From Naegleria gruberi (taxonomy: Eukaryota): a stretch of 64,000 bases of DNA. A model generated the notes under the pieces. That model was not told the origin of the DNA. It saw only the letters and a program-made list of their open reading frames with translations, and did not search any database. Numbering within the stretch: the first letter of the stretch is position 1; each line of letters opens with the position of its first letter. A program made the position numbers and the translations under genes. The stretch lies in the NCBI GenBank assembly GCA_000004985.1, contig GG738919.1; one strand, 5' to 3'. Shown here in pieces: positions 31,422 through 41,321 of the stretch.

Positions 31422-34262
31422 TTAAACTGTATTATTGGTTTTGGCTTGTAATTTGAGGAATGCTTGTGTTATCTTAATGTACTGGTCAAATGTCATGTGA
31501 TCTTGAATTTGTTTCTTGGTGTAACGTTGGTTAATGGCTGGCCAGTGACTAATAAGGGCTTGTACACATGCTTTTCGTAAGTGGTGATAAGGAGAAGAAC
31601 GATCGAAAAAGAAGGATTTTTGGAATTCTAAAACATTGCTCTCTGTCAAACCTTCAATTATTATTGATTGACAACGCAAGCTAATTTGATGATTAATGTC
31701 CATTGAATAAAAGTTCCACTTGGTTAAAAAGCTGACAGCATTGCTACCATTCAACAGTACCTGATTAGTGTATAGATACTTGATAAAGGAAATATGAGCT
31801 TGAACTTCTTCCTTGTCCTCTTCTTCCGAATCGTCAGAAATGTCAAATGAATCCATATCACACATTCCTGATGTAAATTTTACTCTGAAAAAATCGCACT
31901 TGACTGCCAGTATAGCCTTGTGAGCATGGATGGTTGTACTTTTAGAAAGAACAAGTTTAACATCACCAGAATTAGTTGTCTGTGTTTTTGCGTATAAACT
32001 CTCCATATCTTCTGAGAAGGTGGACGGAGGAATTGATACATCACTTGATCCCAAACAATGATAATTTTCACCTGCTGTCAATGCTTCTATAAGGGCCTCT
32101 TTTGAAAGATCATTATAGTCCTTAATCTCGTTAATAGTATAAGTCTTTTCAATCTTTCTAATTAGTGCAATACAGTGTCTGTAAATACTTTCAATGAGTG
32201 GATGGTTTTTGAACAGTTGTAAAGCAGAGAGTGTCTTGACAACAGTTCCATTAGTGATACCGGATAGGGTATTTTGTAAAACAAGCTTTACATAACGTGC
32301 AATGTTGGAAATACTTGGAGGACCAGAGGAAAAGTCCTTGTTACTCTTTTCTGCAATCCATAAAATCACGTCCAAATCTTCTTGAATAGTTGTACCAAAA
32401 TCATCGAGAACGTCTGTGTAAATATATTTGAGAATCTTTAGGACAGACTTGCTGGAAAGTGTAGAAATGGAAGAAAGGTCAATAATTCTTATGGAGGATT
32501 CACCCCTAGATTTTCTCTTCTTGCTTGGTCTTTCAAGTGATGGAACTCCACTCACATCCTTACTAAATGCTTCAAAGAATGGAAATCTTGCCATAACAAA
32601 ATCATACAGGATTGGATACTGTTTATCATCACTGCAAATAATGTAAGAATCCAATAGACTCATAATATCTTCATTGTCAAAGTCTAAAAGTTTTCCGAGT
32701 GTATCTTCATGGACAGCTTCAGTATATTCCTTATTTTCAGCTTCAACCATCAAGGTATCTCTACCGCAATATACATTCATGACTCTATGTTTGAAAGTTC
32801 TGCTAAACTTTTCAATCTTTGGAGTTTCGAGACAACCTAATTGTCCACACTTGTTACTACCAGTCAAGAACATTTCTCTCTTATCAGTAATTGCAATAGA
32901 ATAGTATGAATAACAATAAAGGTCCTGTACAAAATGGTGACCCAGTGATGATGCAGACAATGGAATATGAGTAAATGAAAATAGTCTTGGAACGGTTTCA
33001 CCAGTAGCAAGTTGCCCATCTCCATTTCTACCACAAATGAAAATCTTACCAGTTTTTGTAAGAAAGGCAGAGTGATGGAAGCCACAACTAATACTCTTGA
33101 TTGGCTCATTGTTTGAGACTGGTATTTTGGTTGGAGAGTAGAGATTTTGTTTACCAAGTACTACAGGATCAAGTCCAAGTTGTCCATTAACAGTTGTACC
33201 AGCTCCCCAAATTTCACCACTGGCAGTCAAAAATAATGTGTGGAATTCTCCACATTCTATTTGTACAATATCTTGTCTTATAAATAATGGGTCACGAACA
33301 ACAGTAAACTTTTTGATTTGAGGCAATTCTATACCAACTCCACATTGGCCTCTAGAATTGTCACCACAAGCATAAATATGATCGGTAGTTTTGATAAAAG
33401 TATATTCTGATCCACAGGATGCAAAAAGAACCTTTCCTGAAAATTGAGTAATTAAGCGTTGAGGTGATGGATAAATATTCATAGATGGAAGAGACATTTG
33501 ACCTGTCTTGTTCTTACCACAAACCCATACATTATCATTAGGTTGGTTTGTAATGAACATTGTGTGGTATCTTCCACATTTAATATCGGTAATCAATTCT
33601 TTTGGCATGCCATTCAAACTTGAATCTACAAATTTGAAAATATTTACAACTTTTGTCAAATTTCCCATTCCTAATTGGCCATAATTATTCTTTCCGCATG
33701 CATAGAGCTGATTTTCTTTTGTTAGTAAAATTGTATGATAGTGTCCACAGGCCAAGAACTTGACTTGAGAAGGATCAATTGCTGGATTATTCAGCCTTGT
33801 AAAGGATGAAATTTTAGCGGAATCTGAAACTGGATTTCCAAGTCCAAGCATCCCAAACATATTACTACCTGTAACAAAATAAGAAGATGAATTTTCGGAT
33901 GATGATGAAGAGGCTGATTTGGTTTTTTCGTAATTCATTATTAATTGGTCCAAATTTACATCTCCATACACATCATCGTCATCCTCACTGGTAGGCTCTT
34001 CAAACGACTTGATTTCTTCTAATTTTCTTTTTGATGGTGTATACGGACTCAATGCATCATTATCACCCGAAAATGAATCATCGATAGAAAAGGCACCAGC
34101 GAATCTGCTTCTACTAGATTCTCCGTTACTACTACTCACAAGATGACCATTCAATGTACTAAAATTATTATTATTATGAATTGAAGAAGAAGCATGTTGT
34201 TGGATTGTTGTGCTTTCATCGTCATCATCATCAACGATATCAATTACTTGCTGTGGAAGCAT
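31422..34262 (-). CDS. RCC1-repeat and BTB/POZ domain-containing protein (946 aa)
   Basis: There are multiple RCC1 blade motifs (YACGKNNYGQLGMGN, VWVCGKNKTGQMS, IYACGDNSRGQCGVG, IWGAGTTVNGQLGLD, IFICGRNGDGQLATG). Two BTB-like segments follow (LKILKYIYTDVLDD; HAHKAILAVKCDFFRVKF...ISFIKYLYTN). The architecture matches the RCBTB/IBtk family. Confidence 0.8.
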   Translation of the reverse strand: MLPQQVIDIVDDDDDESTTIQQHASSSIHNNNNFSTLNGHLVSSSNGESSRSRFAGAFSIDDSFSGDNDALSPYTPSKRKLEEIKSFEEPTSEDDDDVYGDVNLDQLIMNYEKTKSASSSSSENSSSYFVTGSNMFGMLGLGNPVSDSAKISSFTRLNNPAIDPSQVKFLACGHYHTILLTKENQLYACGKNNYGQLGMGNLTKVVNIFKFVDSSLNGMPKELITDIKCGRYHTMFITNQPNDNVWVCGKNKTGQMSLPSMNIYPSPQRLITQFSGKVLFASCGSEYTFIKTTDHIYACGDNSRGQCGVGIELPQIKKFTVVRDPLFIRQDIVQIECGEFHTLFLTASGEIWGAGTTVNGQLGLDPVVLGKQNLYSPTKIPVSNNEPIKSISCGFHHSAFLTKTGKIFICGRNGDGQLATGETVPRLFSFTHIPLSASSLGHHFVQDLYCYSYYSIAITDKREMFLTGSNKCGQLGCLETPKIEKFSRTFKHRVMNVYCGRDTLMVEAENKEYTEAVHEDTLGKLLDFDNEDIMSLLDSYIICSDDKQYPILYDFVMARFPFFEAFSKDVSGVPSLERPSKKRKSRGESSIRIIDLSSISTLSSKSVLKILKYIYTDVLDDFGTTIQEDLDVILWIAEKSNKDFSSGPPSISNIARYVKLVLQNTLSGITNGTVVKTLSALQLFKNHPLIESIYRHCIALIRKIEKTYTINEIKDYNDLSKEALIEALTAGENYHCLGSSDVSIPPSTFSEDMESLYAKTQTTNSGDVKLVLSKSTTIHAHKAILAVKCDFFRVKFTSGMCDMDSFDISDDSEEEDKEEVQAHISFIKYLYTNQVLLNGSNAVSFLTKWNFYSMDINHQISLRCQSIIIEGLTESNVLEFQKSFFFDRSSPYHHLRKACVQALISHWPAINQRYTKKQIQDHMTFDQYIKITQAFLKLQAKTNNTV

Positions 34263-34688
34263 TTTTTGTTTTTATGTTTTTCAAAGGCTAAAAAAGTATC
34301 GAAGGATCAACAATTTTGTTATTATTATTATTTGGGAGTTGTATAATGTATTGTTGAGTGTTTTTAAATTTTAATACGACCAGACGTGATGAAGTGCCTT
34401 CCTGCAGTTTAAAGTAACAAATACGACGCTGCTCTTTTTGATGTGAGGACTTTTTTTTCTCGTGTTGTCTGGAAAATGAAGCTTGAACGCCTGCGAACTT
34501 TTTTGCATCAGTATCATGTTTAGAAAACAAGTAATTTTGTGCAATAGATAATGACAAATGAAACTCTCTCTATTTATTATTATTAATTAACAAGGTATTA
34601 ATCAGCAAATTGAATTTATCTGCTTGGTTATATTATTAATAATTTTAAATCGGAATTAATTCAATCAATTTTAAATTATTTTGAAAAA

Positions 34689-36359
34689 ATGTTCGTTAAT
34701 CATTTGATACGTAGAGTTTCATCGTCCTCTTCCTCTGCTGTGTTTGCTTCATCATCATGGAAACGTTTATTGGTGGGCAATAATAGTGGTGGTATGATGA
34801 TGGCAGGCTTATTGAAAAATTATCAAGCACAAGCTTTCATTCAAGCACAAGAATTATCATTCCGAAATTCTGCTAATTATCATTATAATTTTAAAACATT
34901 AAATTCATCATCATCGGATAACAATAATAACAATCAAGAAGGAGAGCAAGAATTAATTCTTAGTGAAAAGGAAAAACCAATTTATGAATTATTAACCATT
35001 GTTTCTAATTCTAATAGAATTGCTCATACAATTTATGATAATGTTCATCCTTTTACTACCTTGTTGGCACAAATTGAAATGATGATCAAAATGATGGAAG
35101 AATTGGCTCAGACGCAGGATCACTTTTTGGGAGATTCAATTCATGAAACTATTAATGCTTCCAAAGAATTGCAAATTACAGTTCTCTGCAGAAGGGCCAG
35201 TTGTGCTATGGTTTGTTGGAGAAGAGCTCAAACAGAGGAGGAAAGAAATCAGTACTATTCAATTATGGAGCAGGATTATGATAAAGCTTTCAGTTTTGGA
35301 ATTGCTAGTGATGAACTTGATTTTGGTTTTGCTAGTTTTTGTAAGGTTGTTAAACAAGATTTGAGACAAGCTCTTCATTATGTCACAAGATCAATTGAAT
35401 CTAATCCAAATGCACCAATCAAGTTTTTGAAACGTGCCGAATTACAATTTGAATTATTCGAATATTTGAAAGAAACTGGTGAAAATATGAGAGTTGAGGA
35501 ACGATCAAATTCTACTGGTGCATCAAATAATAATGGAGGAGCTCCAGAGAGTACTGCCATCACCTCATTCTCAGTCAATCCAGAATGGAGTGATGAAGCA
35601 TTGGATACTCTCAATAATTGTCTGATAGATTGTGAGAGATATATTGAGGATACAATTCAACAAGCTAAGGAGCATAATATTAAGGACTATTACTTGGATT
35701 ATTATGTATATAATTTGAGAGGAAGAGTTTTTGTAGAGTCCTTCCTTTCTGATATGGGAAATACCGAGACATCTAAAATTTTCATTGCCAATGCCGAGAG
35801 AGATTTTACTTTATATATTGATCATTTTAAACCTGAACAAATTGATAATTTACATCCAAATTACATTTCAGAATTGTGCTCAGCTCATGCAAGGAGAGCC
35901 ATGTGCCGATTGCACAACACCAATATCAATCCAGAACATGCCAAAGAGGATATTGAAAGAGCAACCCAATTATTGCAAAAGATTTCAAATGGAAATGATT
36001 ACAGCGACATTACTAACTTTATTGAAGAGCTCAAGGTTCTCACCCATGCCAAATTAATGCACAATAAGGCCACTGAATTGGGAGCTAAGGCTGCTCAATG
36101 TCAACAAACCAATCCAGAACTCGCTTTGGAATATTTGAATGAGGCCATCAAGACTTGTGAAATTTCTCCAATCGCCATGCTGTACATTCAACGTGCTTTC
36201 CTCAACTATGAAACCTTTAGAAAACAAACACAAGCTGGCATGCAAATTAATGATCCACTGAATAGAGAAATTATGGATAGAGTAGCTGAAGATTGCCAGT
36301 CGGCCATCAATAAATGTTTGTTATTTGCCAAATGTTGGAATAAGGCCTGTCGTACATAA
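34689..36359 (+). CDS. Hypothetical alpha-helical (TPR-like?) protein (556 aa) with an S-rich, mitochondrial-presequence-like N-terminus
   Basis: The ORF is clean and has an A-rich start context. Codon usage is coding-like. No domain recognised. Confidence 0.5.
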   Translation: MFVNHLIRRVSSSSSSAVFASSSWKRLLVGNNSGGMMMAGLLKNYQAQAFIQAQELSFRNSANYHYNFKTLNSSSSDNNNNNQEGEQELILSEKEKPIYELLTIVSNSNRIAHTIYDNVHPFTTLLAQIEMMIKMMEELAQTQDHFLGDSIHETINASKELQITVLCRRASCAMVCWRRAQTEEERNQYYSIMEQDYDKAFSFGIASDELDFGFASFCKVVKQDLRQALHYVTRSIESNPNAPIKFLKRAELQFELFEYLKETGENMRVEERSNSTGASNNNGGAPESTAITSFSVNPEWSDEALDTLNNCLIDCERYIEDTIQQAKEHNIKDYYLDYYVYNLRGRVFVESFLSDMGNTETSKIFIANAERDFTLYIDHFKPEQIDNLHPNYISELCSAHARRAMCRLHNTNINPEHAKEDIERATQLLQKISNGNDYSDITNFIEELKVLTHAKLMHNKATELGAKAAQCQQTNPELALEYLNEAIKTCEISPIAMLYIQRAFLNYETFRKQTQAGMQINDPLNREIMDRVAEDCQSAINKCLLFAKCWNKACRT

Positions 36360-36390
36360 TATGTAAATAAAACTTCAGTTAAAACAATAA

Positions 36391-37440
36391 TTAACCTACC
36401 TGTTTACAATGTTCTGCACATTCGGATTCACTATGGCCATCAAATACTCCGAACATGGCATGGAATTTAAATTGAGAAATTGGATGCTGATTAAGGGCTT
36501 CCTCGATATTCTTTACGAAAAAGTGTTCATCTTCCATTGTTGGTCTTTTTCCTTGAGCACTCGCTGATGAATATGATAATTTTCTAGTATGTGTAAATAG
36601 AGATTCAAATTGCCCATTGGACATTTGAGGTAAGGCATGAACGCTAATTGGTCTGTGGAGAGGATTTCTCATCTTGTCTATTTTCAATTCATCTAGAATT
36701 GATTTTTTACTTGGTGTAGTAGCCGAAGGTTTAGAAGGGGATGAAGATGATGAAGCAGAAACATTTCTTGTTGGAAATCTTCCTAGGGTATTATTTGCAT
36801 TACTCGTTTGAATACCTCTTCTCGGTTCTATTGAGGTTGAATTATTTCTATAGGCAGGTGATGTAGTAACATCTTTAAAAGCAGCCGTATTGGGCGAACT
36901 ATTGAGTGATGTTGGAGTATTTCCACCACCCTTTGGAGGAGTTGAAGGAATCATGGAGAGAGTTTGTCCTGATCTGAAAACTTTGGGAGAACCCACATCA
37001 AGTTTCCTATTCTTATTACCAGAAGGTGTTCTCGAAACATTGATGAGAGACATTGTGTTAGGGTAACTCGAGTTTTTAGTTGATGATTGTGGTGATGTAT
37101 CATGAGAGAGAACACTTCCAAATGATGCAGTTGTACTACTACCATTATTATTTGAAGCACTACCTCCTGAGGAAGGTGATACAATACTGTTGTTTCCACT
37201 ATTGCCTCCAGAACCACCACTAGAACCAAAACCAATATTTTGATTATAAACATTTACATGTAATGATCTTAGTGGTTTGGAATGGCTCGGACTAGCAACG
37301 AAATTCTTTGATGAGGAAGGTGAGGTTAAGTGTTGTTGAGAGGAGTGATGATGGAGTGAATGATTGGAATTATTGTTGGGAGATGTTGCTGAATTGTTGC
37401 CGCCTCCTCCATTTGGTGATATCGATAAACTCCCTCTCAT
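36391..37440 (-). CDS. Ser/Asn/Gly-rich protein segment ending in the first two PP2C phosphatase motifs. It ends at a splice donor and looks like a first exon or truncated gene.
   Basis: The C-terminus reads RPTMEDEHF...AMFGVFDGHSESECAEHCKQ, which matches PP2C motifs 1-2 (R..MEDxH ... FFGVFDGHGG). It is followed immediately by GTAGGT, with the donor at 36398-36399. No downstream exon encoding the rest of the PP2C fold is visible. Confidence 0.4.
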   Translation of the reverse strand: MRGSLSISPNGGGGNNSATSPNNNSNHSLHHHSSQQHLTSPSSSKNFVASPSHSKPLRSLHVNVYNQNIGFGSSGGSGGNSGNNSIVSPSSGGSASNNNGSSTTASFGSVLSHDTSPQSSTKNSSYPNTMSLINVSRTPSGNKNRKLDVGSPKVFRSGQTLSMIPSTPPKGGGNTPTSLNSSPNTAAFKDVTTSPAYRNNSTSIEPRRGIQTSNANNTLGRFPTRNVSASSSSSPSKPSATTPSKKSILDELKIDKMRNPLHRPISVHALPQMSNGQFESLFTHTRKLSYSSASAQGKRPTMEDEHFFVKNIEEALNQHPISQFKFHAMFGVFDGHSESECAEHCKQVG

Positions 37441-38614
37441 TTTTTTTTATTGAATTAATGAAATTTTTAGTGAAGTATTTCGCGCCAAATGAAAATTTAC
37501 TGCTTCTATTCTTGTAAAAATGACTTGTTTGGAAATGGTGTGGCCTGTTATGGAAGTTGAGTTTTAAATTTAAATATTTTAATTTTAATTAATTTTAAAT
37601 TGAAGATCAGTGACTATGAAGGTAAGTATCTTTGAAGTTTGTGGGATGAAATAAGCGGTGCAGTAATTACTAAGAGCTAGATTTACAAAGCTATCTTGAA
37701 GGTTGTGGCTATGGAATCATAATTGACTATGTATTCGTGGTATATTGTCAATGAAGCTTTTACTTCCCTTGTACATATGTTATATGTCGTGGTGAACTTT
37801 CATCAAATTCGAATATGAGTTTCTGATGAAATTCTGCAATGAGGACAATTATAAATATTCCAATGGATAAACATTGCCAATGATTCCAAGTCAGCATGTT
37901 TCTCGCAGTCTTATATCTAATCTTTCTATTGCAACGAATCTTTTAGTTCTTCTCTATTGAACCATTTTCTGTAACGAACTTGAACTTGGATGCATTTATA
38001 TCAATTAGTGAATATAATAAGGATTATAATCCACCAATGCAACATCTCAATAAGTCTTTTGAGCATTTCTAAACTAAAAGGTAGAAAACAAACAGAGTTG
38101 GGAAATGTTACCAACAACGAACTCTAAGGAAACTTTAAGGATTTCAACACCTTCAACAAGACTGTCAATCAATCAGTGAATACACAATGATTAAAAAGCG
38201 AATTGCCAAGCTTGTAACTTTTTTCCCACTTCCATAAAATAATACTTGGACTATTTGGGAAGTGGCGTTCTTGAGTTTTCGTATCAACCTTAATCATCCA
38301 AACTTCCCGAATTGTTTAATTGTTCACACACCAATCGACGTCGCATTAATGTTTTATAATATTATCAGAAAAAAACGAAAAAAAACGATAAGGTTTGTTT
38401 TCGCTTGATGCAATATACCGTACGATCCGCCTTAATATCTTTTCACTTTGAATAGTCATCTTGAATCAGTACAGGTCCACATTATTGCACACTATCATTA
38501 TCAATCAACACAAAGAATGAATAATAACAGGTCGAATATCGGTGTAAATCACACAAGATGATTCAAAAGAGACAAAGTTTAAACATCAACTGACTTGTCA
38601 ATTCCTGAAAGTCC

Positions 38615-38664
38615 NNNNNNNNNNNNNNNNNNNNNNNNNNNNNNNNNNNNNNNNNNNNNNNNNN
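38615..38664. other. Assembly gap (50 N)
   Basis: Run of n characters in the sequence. Confidence 0.95.
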
Positions 38665-39199
38665 TTGATATTGGTGCAATCCATTCACTCCATTATGTAT
38701 CATTCCGAAACTCTTATCCATATAATAGTTATTATTTAATATATTAATAATAATTATCACAACAATGAATATTATTAAAACAGAAAATGAAACTCTGGGA
38801 AATAGTATTTGTGTCCTTGATCGTCGTAGAATCATTTTTTTGTGGTGATTCTCGTTTCTTGATTACAAAATTACATTCTTGGTGGTGTGAAAGATTTTTA
38901 TGATTATTGTAAAGTTGTTAAATAAATCATCAAATTTAGTAATTGTAAACTCAAAAACCCACATGTATCAGCTTATACTTTCAACTAAAGGAATTTTGAA
39001 ATATCAAGTGCAGTCAACTGTTTCTATACCAACGCACTAATCGAATGCGCATAATAATTTGTACACCCTCATTAAGATGAAACCTAGGTGGTTCCAACTT
39101 GTATCACATATCGGCCAATTCAAAACTCTAAATCCCGACTATTCATTTCCTTTAAATTTCACACAAAAAGCCGAAATACTAAATAAATCTCATAAAAAA

Positions 39200-39919
39200 A
39201 TGTCTCAACAAGTAATTGATCTCAACAAGCAACATTTCGACAAGATGGCTCTCGATTGGGGAACCAATCCAATCTTTGCCGAGATGAGTAGAAAATTTGC
39301 AACTGGTATTATGGAAGAATTGAGAAAACACCTCACGAATCAATCATCAATGCAAGTGATGGATTTTGGTTGCGGAACTGGAGCTCTTTCATTGTATCTA
39401 TTGAATGAATATGGACAGAGTGTTGAATGTTTGGATGCAGTAGATGTGAGTGAAGGCATGTTGAAGCAATTTGCTGAAAAGAAGGAAAAATTGGTCGGAG
39501 AAGGCATGTTGAATGGTAACTTGTTGCAAATTCATAATTTAAATTTGACCACGGATGATCATGCACTGATTGGAAAGAAGAATAGTTATGATTTGATTGT
39601 GTCCTCCATGTGTTTCCATCACTTGCCAAATATTCCAGAAAAACTCAAGCTTTTTGCTTCCTATTTGAAACCTTCTGGAAAACTTGTCTTTTTGGATATG
39701 GACAAGGATTTTCCACTGATTGAAACATTCCATCCAAGAAATATGGGTGATGAATTGCAATATGAAAGCGGATTCTCTGAGGCAGAGTTGAGAGAGTGGC
39801 TCGATTTGGCTGGCTTTGAAAATCATCAATTTGCTAGAAATGTCACAATTGAAAAGAAGGGATGGGACGATGTGATGAGAAGTTACACTCTCATGACCAC
39901 TACTTCATTTAAAAAGTAA
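39200..39919 (+). CDS. Class I SAM-dependent methyltransferase (about 239 aa from the ATG at 39200; the track ORF starts at 39059 from a non-ATG codon)
   Basis: Motif I VMDFGCGTGALSLYL, then an acidic residue after beta2 (ECLDAVDVSEGM) and LIVSSMCFHHL (motif II/III region). A-rich Kozak context at 39200. Confidence 0.65.
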   Translation: MSQQVIDLNKQHFDKMALDWGTNPIFAEMSRKFATGIMEELRKHLTNQSSMQVMDFGCGTGALSLYLLNEYGQSVECLDAVDVSEGMLKQFAEKKEKLVGEGMLNGNLLQIHNLNLTTDDHALIGKKNSYDLIVSSMCFHHLPNIPEKLKLFASYLKPSGKLVFLDMDKDFPLIETFHPRNMGDELQYESGFSEAELREWLDLAGFENHQFARNVTIEKKGWDDVMRSYTLMTTTSFKK

Positions 39920-40018
39920 TATATTGTTTTCATTTGTGTAAATATCAAAATTTCATCCTGTTTAATGTTTTTTACTCAAATTCCAATTCAATTAATAATT
40001 CAATATGTAATAATCAAA

Positions 40019-40870
40019 TTATTCTTGAGCCTTCTTCTTTTGTTTTTGTAACCATTCACGATAATTCTTATCAGTTCCACACAAATAATCCCACCAAGTA
40101 AATGTTGAAGCATAATTTCCATTGTAAGTCTTGTGATGGAAATCGTGATGAAGTGGACCACTATAGAATGGAATTAAATTACTCATACACCATGGGAAGT
40201 AGAAACCTGTATGTGTATCAATGGCTTCAATTTGACGAATTGTCATCCATACCCACCATCCAATAATGTGTGGAATTCCAAAAAGGAATGGTCCAATAAA
40301 CGAACCAACACCCAACAAGACAAACTCTGTACAACTAGCATATGATGAGCAGTAACCAATTGGTGTCTGATATTCGTGATGCATTTTGTGAATATGCTTA
40401 TAGGCCCATTCAGTATGCAACCAACGATGAATCCAATAAAAGTAAGCATCTTCAATCACTAAGAAAATCAAGGAACGTCCAACCATATCCCACCATGGTG
40501 GAATATTCATATCATAACTCACACCAACCCATTTAAGAACAGGATATCCAGTATAAAGCAATGGTAAAAGCAACAAGTGATTAAGTACTAATTGAAAAAC
40601 ACAATTCCAATCTGTTAACCTTTCTTCTTCTTTCAATTGAAGTTTGTACTTGTAGAGGAAAGAAGGCTTGAATTTCTTAATTAAAAACCATGGCAAGGAC
40701 AAGATTCCATACAATACAAAGATATATGCAAGGGATACATAGGTTGTAATTTCCAACTCTGAAAAGTTTGAACGAATTAAATAATAAAATTGATGCAGGG
40801 TATCCATTTGATTTAAATCGACATTTCCAACCCAATCAGGGAGAGTAGAAGAAGGGGTGGTACTACTCAT
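40019..40870 (-). CDS. Fatty acid hydroxylase superfamily enzyme (sterol desaturase / C-4 methylsterol oxidase-like), 283 aa
   Basis: There are three histidine boxes (HRWLH, HKMHHEYQTP, HHDFHH) spaced as in the ERG25/ERG3/SC5D family, and four TM segments. Confidence 0.75.
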   Translation of the reverse strand: MSSTTPSSTLPDWVGNVDLNQMDTLHQFYYLIRSNFSELEITTYVSLAYIFVLYGILSLPWFLIKKFKPSFLYKYKLQLKEEERLTDWNCVFQLVLNHLLLLPLLYTGYPVLKWVGVSYDMNIPPWWDMVGRSLIFLVIEDAYFYWIHRWLHTEWAYKHIHKMHHEYQTPIGYCSSYASCTEFVLLGVGSFIGPFLFGIPHIIGWWVWMTIRQIEAIDTHTGFYFPWCMSNLIPFYSGPLHHDFHHKTYNGNYASTFTWWDYLCGTDKNYREWLQKQKKKAQE

Positions 40871-41321
40871 GATGATGACGATGATATATTTTGTTTGTTG
40901 TTAAAATTGATGAAGAGGATCTTGAAATATTTAGAGTTTCGTTTTTTCTCACTCCGAAAGTAAACGGTAGACGAACTGTAGGTGGTGTTTGAAGGTGGAC
41001 ATTGAAGTAGTGGAGATTGAATTAACCCGATTATCTAAAGAAGAGCATTTTGATCGGTTAATCGCTTCTTTTTTTTTAATATTTAAATTAAATAGTACTA
41101 CAAATTGGTATTACTCTTTCAATATATTGTAAAGCAAATTAAATATTATTATGTATTTAATAATATTTAAACAAAATTAAATTTTTGTTCAATCTAAAAA
41201 ATTAAATTCAAAAAATTGCCAAACTTGTACAATGTTGATATATTAATTATTTTTCTATTTTCTTAAGAATTGCTTAGAGAAAAGAAAAAATTGTCGTTAC
41301 GAGAAATAGTGAGGTGGTAAC

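Noticed and set aside
34380-34470. Possible Dictyostelium Class I small RNA (cctTCCTGCAg vaguely resembling the CCTTACAGCAA motif) in the divergent promoter
   Set aside because: The motif match is partial. I cannot verify the flanking stem or the upstream DUSE element from memory, so this is more likely ordinary promoter sequence.
38563-38835. 90-aa minus-strand ORF spanning the N gap
   Set aside because: The reading frame runs through 50 undetermined bases, so the ORF is an artefact of X-translation. The flanking hydrophobic stretch alone is not sufficient evidence.
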